DNA of 64,000 nucleotides from an uncultured cyanobacterium (GTDB lineage: Bacteria; Cyanobacteriota; Cyanobacteriia; Phormidesmidales; Phormidesmidaceae), in NCBI GenBank assembly GCA_963793265.1, contig CAWBZI010000006.1:320001-384000 (forward strand), read 5' to 3'. Numbering within the stretch: the stretch's first letter is position 1; each line of letters begins with the position of its first letter. Positions 31,090 through 41,293 of the stretch are shown piece by piece. Position numbers and translations under genes: made by a program. The notes beneath the pieces were generated by a model. That model was not told the DNA's origin. It was given only the letters and a program-made list of their open reading frames with translations, and did no database searches.

Positions 31090-33244
31090 ACCAAAGGTCT
31101 ACGTTGTCGTTAGTCGTCCCGGTTTTACCGCCTTCTCCTAAGCCCAGATAGGCATTTCGAGCCGTGCCACCCTGCACCGCGCCCTGCATCATGCCCACCA
31201 TCGTATTTGCCACGCTCGCGTCTAGTGCCTGAATGCCACCTTCGGCCTGTGAGTAGTCATAAATCACGCGGCAGGTGTCTGGATTGTCAAAGTCTTCGCA
31301 GTCGCTGCTGTCTATCACCCGCTGGATGCCGTGGGGGCGATTCCATACGCCTTGATTTGCGATCGCCCCAAAAGCCCCCGTCATCTCCAAAGGCGTCACC
31401 TCACTCTGCCCCAGCACCAGCCCCGGTACAGGATCTAGCTCAGATCTAATTCCCAGCCGCTCAGCCAGCTTCACAATCGAGTTCAAACCCGCCTCCTGTG
31501 CCACCCGCAGCGCAACCACATTCTCAGAACGCGCCAGCCCAGCATACATATCCAGCGCGCCGCTACCCGAACGGCAGCCCGCAAAATAAGCGCCCCATTC
31601 AAGGTCACTACAAGAAAACGTCTCCCCCGGTGAAATGCCCTGCTCAATCGCTGAGGCATAGGCAAACACCTTAAACGTAGAACCGGGCTGACGGAGCGCC
31701 TGACTGGCGCGGTTAAACTGACTTGCCTGATAGTCCACGCCGCCAACTAACGCTTCAATCTCTCCGTTGCTCGTATTCAGCGTCACCACGGCCCCTTCCG
31801 AAAATCCAGACTGTGCGCCCTGAGCCGCCACCGTTTGCTGAAGCGTCGTTTCAGCCGCCGCCTGCGCGTCCAGATTCAAGCTGGTTTCCACGATAAAATT
31901 ACCCTCTCGGGCCAGGCTCTTTCCCAGCAAATCGTCCAGCTCATCAAAAATGTAGCTGTAAAAGTAGGGTGCTTCAGCGCTCTGCAACTGCTCGCGCGCT
32001 TTCGGACTAATCTCAATCACCGATCGCCTTGCTCTAGCCCCTTCAGCAGAGCTAATCATGCCTAGTGTTACCATTCGCTCAATCACGCGGTTTCGATAGT
32101 CTGCTGCCGCGCTAGGATCGCGCACCGGGTTAAACGCATTTGGTGCAGGCAAAATCCCTACCAGCGTTGCCGCCTCAGCAATACTCAAGTCGCTAGCTGA
32201 TTTGTCAAAGTAAAACTGTGAGGCATCTTCAAAACCGTAAAGGTTGTTGCCTAAGTACACCCGGTTAAGATACAGCAGCATAAGCTGATCTTTGCTGTAA
32301 AAAGTCTCTAGCTTTAGCGCCACCACAGCCTCACGGATCTTGCGAGCAGCGCTATCTTCAGTCCCTACATAGTCTCTGTAAGTGTTACGTGCTATCTGCT
32401 GGGTAAGCGTACTTGCACCCTCTCGAATCTCTCCGCCAATGATGTTTGTTCTTAAGGCTCTGATAATGCCTAGCGGATCGACGCCGATATGCCAGTAAAA
32501 GCGAGAATCTTCTGAAGCGACGGCTGCCTTGGGCAGGTAGGACGAGTATTCTTGCAGCCGCTTTTTCTCCAAGTGAGCTAAGTTAGGCAGCTCATTAAGC
32601 GGTATTCTCTCACCGTCTTCTTCAGCCGTAACCAGCACCGGCCCCTGCACTGACTCGGGTATCGGCCTAATCGTAATTTTTGGCCATTCTAAGCCTACAA
32701 TCCAAAAGGCCAAGAGCCCGGTGAATCCAGCGGTACCATACAGGCCGTAGCGCACTACGTTCATGTACCAGGGCGGCGGATCAATATAGCGAACGGTCAC
32801 CGCGTCAGCAAGTTCTCTGGGGCCTAATGTCAGCATGTCACCGTGACGCAGCGGCAGTGAGCGAATTCGTTTTTTGCTGCGATAGATGCCGTTGGTTGAG
32901 CCCTGATCTTTGATGACAAAGGGGTTGCCGGGTCTGGAATAATCGCGCGTCAGCGAAAGATGAGTTTGGCTGACAATCGGGCTGCGCACCACAATGTCGC
33001 AAGCTTTAGAGGAGCGGCCTAATAAATAGTGTTCGCCTACCAGCGGGTATGTCTGCGGCTTGCCCGTGCCATCAGCGGTTTCAATTTGCAGCTTAGGCAC
33101 CCTTGCATTGGCTTTGAGTGGAATTTTAGAGAAGTCCACATTGGCCTGCACCGTCTGGAACGCCTGAGTAATCGAGCCTAGAAAAGTTTTTGGCTGCGAG
33201 TTAGAACCTTGCTTTTTGGGTGGCTTAGGCGGCGGAGAAGTCAT
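30956..33244 (-). CDS. FHA-domain class A penicillin-binding protein
   Basis: FHA (LGRSS...VSQTH...STNG), transglycosylase (SEDSRF, GASTLTQQ), transpeptidase (GSTFK, SEN, KTG). Confidence 0.92.
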   Translation of the reverse strand: MTSPPPKPPKKQGSNSQPKTFLGSITQAFQTVQANVDFSKIPLKANARVPKLQIETADGTGKPQTYPLVGEHYLLGRSSKACDIVVRSPIVSQTHLSLTRDYSRPGNPFVIKDQGSTNGIYRSKKRIRSLPLRHGDMLTLGPRELADAVTVRYIDPPPWYMNVVRYGLYGTAGFTGLLAFWIVGLEWPKITIRPIPESVQGPVLVTAEEDGERIPLNELPNLAHLEKKRLQEYSSYLPKAAVASEDSRFYWHIGVDPLGIIRALRTNIIGGEIREGASTLTQQIARNTYRDYVGTEDSAARKIREAVVALKLETFYSKDQLMLLYLNRVYLGNNLYGFEDASQFYFDKSASDLSIAEAATLVGILPAPNAFNPVRDPSAAADYRNRVIERMVTLGMISSAEGARARRSVIEISPKAREQLQSAEAPYFYSYIFDELDDLLGKSLAREGNFIVETSLNLDAQAAAETTLQQTVAAQGAQSGFSEGAVVTLNTSNGEIEALVGGVDYQASQFNRASQALRQPGSTFKVFAYASAIEQGISPGETFSCSDLEWGAYFAGCRSGSGALDMYAGLARSENVVALRVAQEAGLNSIVKLAERLGIRSELDPVPGLVLGQSEVTPLEMTGAFGAIANQGVWNRPHGIQRVIDSSDCEDFDNPDTCRVIYDYSQAEGGIQALDASVANTMVGMMQGAVQGGTARNAYLGLGEGGKTGTTNDNVDLWFIGFVPRREVVTGVWLGNDDNTPTGGSSSQAAQLWGTYMSKILR

Positions 33245-33411
33245 AGACAGCGAGGGGTTAGGCAGAAAGGTGCGAACAAAAGGCGACTGACAGCTATAGA
33301 AATCAACAGTTGCTATTCTATCTATTTCGGATGGACTTTTGGACGATTCGGCTTCAAGGGTTCACTGCCAAAGACGACTTTCAATCAGGCAAAACTTACC
33401 GCTACGGTGCG

Positions 33412-33888
33412 CTACGGTCGCCGGGCAGGAGTCTTGTTCTCAAATATCAACACTTTTACTAAGCAAATAAAACCGATGTTGATCCAAATGTCTGCCAGGT
33501 TAAAAACCGGGAACTGAGTTACCGGGAATACCTGTAAAAAGTCCACAACTTCTCCAGTCAAAAAGCGATCGATACCGTTGCCAAAAGCACCACTTAATAT
33601 AAAGCCGTAGCCGACTTCTTCCCAGCGGTCGGGCCAGCGCGCGGTGAGCCCTAGCACAATTAGCGCCACACTCACGAGCAGCGACAGCCAGCGCAACCAT
33701 TCGCCGTTTTCACTAAACAGGCTCCAGGCAGCGCCTCTGTTAGTGGTGTGATAAAAGTTCAGTACACCTGGAATGATTTCGATTGCCTCTCTGAGCGGTA
33801 GCGCCTGAAGTACCCACTGTTTTGTGAGCTGATCGAGGATGACGCCAGCGATCGCTACCAGCCAAAAAACAGGGTTTCTAAGTCTCAT
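33412..33888 (-). CDS. lspA: Lipoprotein signal peptidase II
   Basis: DQLTK, NRGAAWS, GNGIDR, VVDF, VFNLAD. Confidence 0.96.
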   Translation of the reverse strand: MRLRNPVFWLVAIAGVILDQLTKQWVLQALPLREAIEIIPGVLNFYHTTNRGAAWSLFSENGEWLRWLSLLVSVALIVLGLTARWPDRWEEVGYGFILSGAFGNGIDRFLTGEVVDFLQVFPVTQFPVFNLADIWINIGFICLVKVLIFENKTPARRP

Positions 33889-33921
33889 AGATAATCACTT
33901 CAAGTTCGCTAGGTCAGTAAG

Positions 33922-34518
33922 TTAGTAAAACAGGGCTTTACGCAAGCCGTAGGCAATAAGGGCGATCGCACAGGTCACCATTACCTGTCCAGGGATCAGC
34001 ACTATAGAGTATGTCATGATGGCGGTTGGCAGGGAAAAGTCAGCCGCGATCCAGCGAAATAAGTACCCCAAGCACAGATAGGTAAGCCCGCATACGTGCA
34101 CCACCAATAATCCGCTCAAAGCCGCAAATCCTAGCCGCTCGGGCGTGGGCTTATCTCGAAATGCCAGCTTGCCACACAGCCACGCTGCCGGAATAAAGCC
34201 CAGTAAATAGCCGAAGCCCGGATCGCGCAGGTAGCTCAGCCCAGCGTCCTGAGTAAATATTTCTAGCTGAAACCGCTCAAACAGTACAACGCCTAGAATC
34301 ACATAGGCAATTTGTGCGATCGCTGCCGCATTCTTCCCGCCCATACAGCCCGTAAACAGCGCCGCACCGACCTGAAACGTCACCCCCAGCGAATAGGGCA
34401 CCACCGCACTCGCTTCGCCCTGCCACAAAAGCCAGGGCACCCCAGCTTCAAGCCAGCTACTCAAAATCGTCAAAATCAGGCCAATCAGCGCCCAAAGTAG
34501 CTCGTACGGAGCAAACAC
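33922..34518 (-). CDS. bioY: Biotin transporter BioY
   Basis: Hydrophobic. TFQVGAALF, GLSYLRDPGFGYLLGF. Adjacent to lspA as in other cyanobacteria. Confidence 0.85.
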   Translation of the reverse strand: MFAPYELLWALIGLILTILSSWLEAGVPWLLWQGEASAVVPYSLGVTFQVGAALFTGCMGGKNAAAIAQIAYVILGVVLFERFQLEIFTQDAGLSYLRDPGFGYLLGFIPAAWLCGKLAFRDKPTPERLGFAALSGLLVVHVCGLTYLCLGYLFRWIAADFSLPTAIMTYSIVLIPGQVMVTCAIALIAYGLRKALFY

Positions 34519-34728
34519 CTATCTTTTTCTCGCCTACGTAAAAACCTTATTAGCGAACCTTTGCCGCCTGTCTCTGCTCAGCATTCTAGGCTAATACCTC
34601 CCCCGCGCGGCCCGTATCTATCCAAACCATCCTTTTTTAAGGAACGTAACTTTTAGGCAAATCTGCTTAAATCCGCTTGATACAGGCTTTACACTTGTTT
34701 GCACTATTGTCTGAGTGTAGAGCCCAAC

Positions 34729-35706
34729 ATGTTTCCTACTCATCGCCCCCGCCGCCTGCGATCGCACGAAAACCTCCGCCGCATGGTGCGAGAAAACATC
34801 GTCACCACAAACGATCTGGTCTATCCCCTATTCGCCGTTCCCGGCGATAGCTTTTCTCAAGAAGTCAAATCGATGCCCGGCGTCTATCAGCTTTCGGTAG
34901 ACAAAATCGTTGAAGAAGCTAAAGAAGTCTATGACCTGGGCATTCCTGCCGTCATTTTGTTTGGCATTCCTACCGAAAAAGACACCGAAGCCACGGGCGC
35001 ATGGCACGATCATGGCATTGTGCAAAAGGCAACTGAGGCCATCAAAAAAGCCGTCCCCAATCTGCTAGTAATCGTCGATACCTGCCTGTGCGAATACACC
35101 GATCACGGCCACTGCGGCTACTTAGAAGTGGGCGATCTTTCAGGCCGAGTGCTCAATGACCCCACCTTAGAATTACTAAAGAAGACGGCCCTTTCTCAAG
35201 CTAACGCAGGCGCTGACATTATCGCCCCTTCCGGCATGATGGACGGCTTTGTGCAGGCCATTCGCCAGGGTCTAGACTCAGGTGGCTTCAACGACTTGCC
35301 CATTCTTTCCTACGCCGCCAAATATTCTTCTGCCTACTACGGCCCCTTCCGTGACGCTGCCGAATCAGCCCCTCAGTTTGGCGACAGACGCACCTACCAG
35401 ATGGATCCAGCCAACGGCACCGAGGCCATTAAAGAAATCGCCCTCGACATTGCCGAAGGCGCTGACATGCTGATGGTCAAGCCCGCGCTAGCCTACATGG
35501 ACATCATCTGGCGAGTTAAGGAAGCGACTAATCTGCCGGTAGCGGCCTACAACGTCTCTGGCGAATATTCCATGGTGAAAGCAGCAGCGCTCAACGGCTG
35601 GATAGATGAGGAAAAAGTGGTTATGGAAACGATGACCAGCTTTAAACGATCTGGCGCAGATATGATTTTGACTTACCACGCTAAGGATGTTGCGCGCTGG
35701 CTCTAA
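34729..35706 (+). CDS. hemB: Porphobilinogen synthase
   Basis: [37 protein letters not shown]. Confidence 0.97.
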   Translation: MFPTHRPRRLRSHENLRRMVRENIVTTNDLVYPLFAVPGDSFSQEVKSMPGVYQLSVDKIVEEAKEVYDLGIPAVILFGIPTEKDTEATGAWHDHGIVQKATEAIKKAVPNLLVIVDTCLCEYTDHGHCGYLEVGDLSGRVLNDPTLELLKKTALSQANAGADIIAPSGMMDGFVQAIRQGLDSGGFNDLPILSYAAKYSSAYYGPFRDAAESAPQFGDRRTYQMDPANGTEAIKEIALDIAEGADMLMVKPALAYMDIIWRVKEATNLPVAAYNVSGEYSMVKAAALNGWIDEEKVVMETMTSFKRSGADMILTYHAKDVARWL

Positions 35707-35727
35707 TAGATTCCTTTTTGGAGCTGT

Positions 35728-36420
35728 TTAGTAAGCCCCAGACCCCTTAGACAAAATTGTGGTTACCGTCTTTACAATCAGCTTCAGGTCATAGGCCGGG
35801 CTCCAGTGATGCTGATAGGCCAGATCCATATCCACGATGTCTTCAAAGTCTTTGACTTGCGATCGCCCGCTCACCTGCCACTGGCCGGTCAGGCCCGGTC
35901 GTACGTCCAGGCGCTTCCAATGGCGATCGCTGTAGTGCTGCACCTCATCGCCCGTAGGGGGGCGTGTGCCAACTAGGCTCATATCACCCGTGAGCACGTT
36001 CCAGAACTGGGGGAACTCGTCCAGGCTTGTTTTCCTCAAAAACTGCCCGATTCGGGTTACGCGCGGATCGGTAGAGTTCTTGAATATTAAGCCCTGGGCT
36101 TCGTTGGCAATAGTGGCTTTCAGCTCATCGGCGTTGCTCACCATTGAGCGGAACTTCCAAATGCGAAACGGCTTACCCTGCAAACCGAAGCGCTCTTGCG
36201 AATAGAGGATAGGCCCAGCAGAGTCAAGGCGAATAGCGATCGCGACGGGCACAAATAAAACGCACAGTATTGAAAGCCCGACACAAGCACCGACAATATC
36301 AATAGCGCGCTTGAATACAGAGCGCGTGGATATATGAGGCAGTCGTGGGAAGGGAGGCTGATAAAGGCTCACCCGTGACGGTCTTGACATAACTGGATAA
36401 GATATGGCGCTACGTGACAT
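35728..36420 (-). CDS. Sugar (priming glycosyl) transferase (start may be 36468)
   Basis: KRAIDI, KFRSM, DPRVTRIGQFLRKTSLDEFPQ, GDMSLVGTRP, PGLTGQWQVSGR. Confidence 0.92.
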   Translation of the reverse strand: MSRSAISYPVMSRPSRVSLYQPPFPRLPHISTRSVFKRAIDIVGACVGLSILCVLFVPVAIAIRLDSAGPILYSQERFGLQGKPFRIWKFRSMVSNADELKATIANEAQGLIFKNSTDPRVTRIGQFLRKTSLDEFPQFWNVLTGDMSLVGTRPPTGDEVQHYSDRHWKRLDVRPGLTGQWQVSGRSQVKDFEDIVDMDLAYQHHWSPAYDLKLIVKTVTTILSKGSGAY

Positions 36421-36816
36421 GGGTTTTCTCGAACGTTTGATAGTGACCAAAGGTACCTGCACCCTCATCGAACAGCTTGTTGCTTAAGGCGTGTATATCC
36501 GGCATACATATAGATATACAAACATTTAACAAAAGACAGTCGTAAGTTAAGTACTTCTACCCAACTCAGACTGACCAAATTATAGTTAGTGCCTCAACTT
36601 TCTACGCCTTTATGCGTAAAAATACCGAAATATCTCCTGAGCGACAAGTTAACGGTCGTATTCGTGAAGAAACGATGAAGATTCTGTAGGATTCTCAGAA
36701 AGCTATCTTCTAATCGCTTCCTCTTGCATCAAAGCGCCTTCCATCGGAGGCTTGAGGGTTTCTTTGATGGGGTAGAGTAAGTCAATATCAATTCTGGTGC
36801 TAGATTCGCAGCCGCT

Positions 36817-38013
36817 ATGACCAATCCCTTACACAGCCCAGAAAACGCGCTAGAAAGTTCATCCAAGCGTGTAGATTCTTTCTATTCAGACGTTTTGTCG
36901 GTTTGGCGAACTCAGATTGCCGCTGACCTGCCAACTCAACCGGCTAGCACGCATGAGGCGATCGCGCAGTGGCTTGTCGGCGAATCAGCACGATTCGAGC
37001 CGATGGGCTCGTCTGAGCGCAAGCTGGCTCAAAAAGCGATGGACTATCGTTACAGAATCTTTATATCTCGCTACTGGGGCCTCTCGCCCGAAAGAGCCTA
37101 TAAAAGGCTGCTGCAAAAGCTGGGCGGTTTGTTTTTAATTCGCAGTAAGGTGCGTACCTGGATTGCGCTGAGTCGCGATCGCAAACGCGCGGTCAAAGAC
37201 GTGCTGCAAGAGGTAATTCAAGAAATGCTTCAGAGCGATCGCCACATGCGGCAGCAAACGCAGTGGATCGGCCAGTGCACTACGCGCGGCAGCCTGCGAA
37301 ATTTGTTGACCCTTGCCACCATTGAAGAGTACTGTCTGCGGCCTATTCGCAACCAGCCGCTATTGGTCTATCGCTTTGTGAACTACTTGAGAAGGTCGCA
37401 GCGCGGTGGCATGACTCAGGTTCCCAGCGCCGAACTCATCCAGCTCATCTCCGAAGAAATCGGCACCAGCGAAGCCGACGGCACCCTCAGCCTATTGGAC
37501 TTTGAGGCGCTAGACCGCTACGAGGTGCAAAAAGAATTTGAAGAACAGCAGGCCGCTCGCAGGCACGTCAAGCAGGAATTTTCTGACTACTTGAACGAAG
37601 AGCTAGGCTCTACGGCGGTGCAGTGGCTAGAGCTGCACTTGCAGGGCTACACCCAAGACATGATTTCACAGCAGCTCGATATAAAAGTTCGCGAAGCCTA
37701 CCGCCTGCGAGAAAAAGTCAGCTATCACGCCATCCGCATTTTCACGATCAAAAAGCAGCCCGATCTGGTTTTCACCTGGCTAAAAACCTCGCTTAAGCAC
37801 CACAATTTAGGGCTCACGCCGACTCAGTATGAAGCCTTCTTAGGCGCGATTTCTGAGCCTCAGCGGCAGATCTTAGAGGCTTTTAAGGCAGGGAATACGG
37901 TTAAGGAAGTCGCTGGGATGTTTGGGCTTACCGAAAAGCAAACGACCAGTCAGTGGGCTGAGCTGTATCTTAAGGCGCAGGATATTCGGACTGAAGGGAC
38001 GGAGGGTAAGTAG
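36817..38013 (+). CDS. HetZ-related protein
   Basis: KVRTWIALSRDR, VLQEVIQEM, IEEYCLRPIRNQPLLVYRFVNY, C-terminal HTH-like segments. Confidence 0.75.
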   Translation: MTNPLHSPENALESSSKRVDSFYSDVLSVWRTQIAADLPTQPASTHEAIAQWLVGESARFEPMGSSERKLAQKAMDYRYRIFISRYWGLSPERAYKRLLQKLGGLFLIRSKVRTWIALSRDRKRAVKDVLQEVIQEMLQSDRHMRQQTQWIGQCTTRGSLRNLLTLATIEEYCLRPIRNQPLLVYRFVNYLRRSQRGGMTQVPSAELIQLISEEIGTSEADGTLSLLDFEALDRYEVQKEFEEQQAARRHVKQEFSDYLNEELGSTAVQWLELHLQGYTQDMISQQLDIKVREAYRLREKVSYHAIRIFTIKKQPDLVFTWLKTSLKHHNLGLTPTQYEAFLGAISEPQRQILEAFKAGNTVKEVAGMFGLTEKQTTSQWAELYLKAQDIRTEGTEGK

Positions 38014-38050
38014 AGGCGGTCGAAGCCCTCATCCCCAACCCTTCTCCCAA

Positions 38051-38632
38051 CTACGTCTTCGACGCCCGCCGCGCGTCCATCACCCGGCCAAAATTAAGCT
38101 TAAACTCCTTCAGCCCAACCAGCCCGCCCGGCTCAGTATCCCAAGAAGCCGACAGCACACCATACGTCAGCCCCAACACGCCAAGCCCAAAGCAGCCCAT
38201 CGTCACCAACAGCACAGCAATCGGCGGAAACTCCACAATCTCACGGCTCTGCAAGTAATAAGACAAAAAGAAAATGCCGACGCCTAAAGCCACAGGCGCA
38301 CCTGAGAGTATCGCCATTCTGCGCAGCATTCGACGGCTCACGGCTTCAGGAATCGCGCCGCTATCGTCTTTCTTCTTACCCGGCTTACCCTTCTCCGCTT
38401 TAGCCTTAGCCTTCCGACGATTGCCCGCCAAAATCTCATCGGCTCGGGCTCTTGCCCTTGCCGACATATCAGAGGCTTCAGGCTTTTTCTTCTTAGCCTT
38501 AGCCGTTTTGGCTACAGAATTCTTCGCTTCAGTAGCCTTGTCTTTATTAGCACTAGCTGCCTTCTTAGCTTTGGCTTTTTTACCCTTGGGCTCAAAAGGC
38601 AGGCCAGCTTTATCGTCAGATTGAGAAGCCAT
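38051..38632 (-). CDS. PAM68/DUF3464 photosystem II assembly factor
   Basis: LPFEPK, IPEAVSRRMLRRM, two TMs, YGVLSASWD. Adjacent to rpsO. Confidence 0.88.
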   Translation of the reverse strand: MASQSDDKAGLPFEPKGKKAKAKKAASANKDKATEAKNSVAKTAKAKKKKPEASDMSARARARADEILAGNRRKAKAKAEKGKPGKKKDDSGAIPEAVSRRMLRRMAILSGAPVALGVGIFFLSYYLQSREIVEFPPIAVLLVTMGCFGLGVLGLTYGVLSASWDTEPGGLVGLKEFKLNFGRVMDARRASKT

Positions 38633-38693
38633 ATCGACAACTCCCGTGTTTACAGCGCTGAACAGATCTAAAAAGTATCTGTGTCGGATGACT

Positions 38694-38963
38694 TTAGCGA
38701 CGAATGCCGAGCTTCTGGATCAAAGCTTTATAGCGCTCGGGATCTTGCTTAGTCAGATAGGCAAGCAAACGCTTGCGCTGACCAATCATCTTCAGCAGGC
38801 CGCGACGGGAGGAATAGTCTTTTTTGTTCTGCTGTAGGTGCTTAGTTAGACTGTTAATCCGATCGGTGAGCATGGCAACTTGCACATCAACCGATCCGGT
38901 ATCGGTTTCATGAACCTGATGCTCGGAGATAATTTCTTGTTTGCGTTCTTGAAGCAAAGGCAT
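38694..38963 (-). CDS. rpsO: 30S ribosomal protein S15
   Basis: [16 protein letters not shown]...[20 protein letters not shown]. Confidence 0.97.
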   Translation of the reverse strand: MPLLQERKQEIISEHQVHETDTGSVDVQVAMLTDRINSLTKHLQQNKKDYSSRRGLLKMIGQRKRLLAYLTKQDPERYKALIQKLGIRR

Positions 38964-39177
38964 AGTTTCAGACAATAAATAAGATTCAATATTCTACCAT
39001 AGCCAATCTTATCTATTGCATCTGTGGCCTAACTTCAATCAATAAACCGACTGATAAATCAGCCTGACTTGATAGCTGCAAACCCGCTACGGGAATTAAT
39101 GAAGGGTGAGAATCGCGGCTGGTGATTCTTACTGGTGATTTTTTAAATGCCCTTCACACAATATTTAGTCAGCTCAA

Positions 39178-41205
39178 ATGATTCAGGTTTCTCGCTCACA
39201 CACTTTGCCGGTAGCCTTAGGTCGATTGACTGCTCCTGCTAAAAAGACTGGCGATCGCACTCTACACGGCAGGCCCACTAGAAAACTCGCGACAGGACTA
39301 CTCGGATTTGCAGTCGGTGCGCTGTCTTGGAGTGCTTTGTCTTTGGGTGCGATCGCCAATCAAGCGATCGCCCTACACCGACCCCAAATTTCTACCCAAG
39401 CCGCAAGCAATCCTGCACCATCCCGCAGCCCGCTCTCTACCCAGGCAATGTACCGCGAGCTAGCAAATCTCACGGGCCGAGTCGAAAGCACCTATCTTGC
39501 TAATCACGCTCAAAACCAGCCAACCCAGCTCCGCGTAGTCGATTCCACACTCACCGCCAGCGCGAACACCGCTCCTACTATTCCAACGCCCCTACCCGCC
39601 GAACTACAGGCCGCTCAGCAGCTTTTAAACGACTGGCAAGGGCTAATCTCCCAGGGCGAGTACGAAACAGCACACCAGCGTTTTCAAACGGTGACTGATT
39701 CGTTGCGCAGTGCCCAAGTAGCCCAAACGCAGATTGCCGGGCGCAGCGCTCAGCCCGAAGTCCGCTCTATCTGGCTAGACCGTGAAACGATTGTCTCTGC
39801 CGGTTCTCAAGAGGGCTTAGCCAAAATCTTTGAGCGCTTCAAAGCAGCGGGCATTAACACCGTTTTTGTTGAAACCGTCAACGCGGGCTACCCCATCTAT
39901 CCCAGCACGGTTGCCCCAGAGCAAAACCCGCTCATCTCAGGTTGGGATCCGCTTCAGGCTTCTGTAGAACTCGGCAAAGCCTATGGCCTAGAAGTTCACG
40001 CCTGGGTTTGGCTATTTGCAGCGGGCAACCAGGCGCACAATCCGCTCGTGGGCAAGCAGACCAACTACCCTGGCCCTATTCTCACCGCTCACCCCGACTG
40101 GGCAGGCTTCGACAATCACGGCAACCTCATCATCCCCGGCCAAACCAAACCCTTCCTCGACCCTGCGAATCCCGAAGTCCGCCAGTATCTCTTCAACATC
40201 CTCAGCGAAATCGCTGGTCGCTACGACGTAGACGGCATCCAGTTCGACTACGTTCGCTATCCTTTTCAAGATCCTGCTAACAACCGCCTCTTTGGCTATG
40301 GCAATGCCGCTCGCCAGCAGTTCCACGCTCTCACTGGTGTCGATCCAATTTCTCTTTCTCCTAAAAACGGCGGCGACCATCGCAAAGCCTTCCTCTGGGG
40401 TCAGTGGACAGAATTTCGCACGCAGCAAATCAGCTCTTTTGTGGCTGAAGCCTCTCAGCGCCTCCGCCACCAAAAGCCCGGCATCAAAATTTCTGCCGCC
40501 GTTTTTGCAGACGACACTCGCAAGCGCCAGCAAACGCTTCAGCAAGACTGGGAGGACTGGGCCGATCAGGGTCTAATTGACTGGATTGTGCTGATGAGCT
40601 ATGCCAGCAGCACTCAGCGCTTTGATGAGCTGATTCGGCCTTGGGTTGTTGAATCTAGCTATCGTCACACGCAAGTGATTCCGGGTATTCGATTGTTGAA
40701 TCTGCCAGCCGCGATCGCCCACGACCAGCTTCAGCTACTGCGAGATTTGCCCACCAACGGCTATGCTCTCTTCGCTGCTGACAACCTCACGGGCGATGTG
40801 CAGGCAATGCTAGCGAGAACGCAGGGCAATGCTCAAAGCGATGTTGCGACCAGCGGCAGTGATACAACAAGCTATACAACCGCTTCGGCTCAGTACAAGT
40901 CTCTTCAACAAGAGTGGAACTGGCTGCTGACAAATCAACAGATTCAGGGAGATTCGCAGCGGTTAGCGCGATGGGTGAGTGATGTCAATCAGATAGGAGA
41001 GAGTTTGGATGATTTGGGGAGTGAGCCTTCGGCTAGGGAGTTGCAGCAGGTGACGGCGCGGTTGGATGGGTTGGGGCGATCGCTCCCCACCAGCCTGAGC
41101 GTAAATGTAGCAAGCACCCCTTATCGCCTCCGCACCTGGCAAAACCGCCTCACCGCCATCAATCGGCTATTGGCCCACACCCAAACCTCACCTGTAAATT
41201 CGTAG
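39178..41205 (+). CDS. GHL10/DUF187 glycoside hydrolase-like protein
   Basis: EVRSIWLDR, GINTVFVET, LEVHAW, LDPANPEV, YDVDGIQFDYVRYP, QDW. Confidence 0.88.
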   Translation: MIQVSRSHTLPVALGRLTAPAKKTGDRTLHGRPTRKLATGLLGFAVGALSWSALSLGAIANQAIALHRPQISTQAASNPAPSRSPLSTQAMYRELANLTGRVESTYLANHAQNQPTQLRVVDSTLTASANTAPTIPTPLPAELQAAQQLLNDWQGLISQGEYETAHQRFQTVTDSLRSAQVAQTQIAGRSAQPEVRSIWLDRETIVSAGSQEGLAKIFERFKAAGINTVFVETVNAGYPIYPSTVAPEQNPLISGWDPLQASVELGKAYGLEVHAWVWLFAAGNQAHNPLVGKQTNYPGPILTAHPDWAGFDNHGNLIIPGQTKPFLDPANPEVRQYLFNILSEIAGRYDVDGIQFDYVRYPFQDPANNRLFGYGNAARQQFHALTGVDPISLSPKNGGDHRKAFLWGQWTEFRTQQISSFVAEASQRLRHQKPGIKISAAVFADDTRKRQQTLQQDWEDWADQGLIDWIVLMSYASSTQRFDELIRPWVVESSYRHTQVIPGIRLLNLPAAIAHDQLQLLRDLPTNGYALFAADNLTGDVQAMLARTQGNAQSDVATSGSDTTSYTTASAQYKSLQQEWNWLLTNQQIQGDSQRLARWVSDVNQIGESLDDLGSEPSARELQQVTARLDGLGRSLPTSLSVNVASTPYRLRTWQNRLTAINRLLAHTQTSPVNS

Positions 41206-41229
41206 GGGCCCCGCCGCCGTGCGCCCTCC
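41201..41229 (+). repeat. GTAG-type REP-like element (copy B), includes the stop codon of the upstream gene
   Basis: cgtaggggc-cccgccgccgtgc-gccctcc. Confidence 0.55.
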
Positions 41230-41293
41230 AGCACGGCAACCTAGACGCACTCCCTATAATAGAGAGCAATAAGGAGAGAAGGAGTTAACGGTA

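Noticed and set aside
38024..38050. agccctcatccccaacccttctccca fragment resembling a common cyanobacterial short repeat
   Set aside because: Single truncated copy in this window, so it cannot be supported as a repeat family here.
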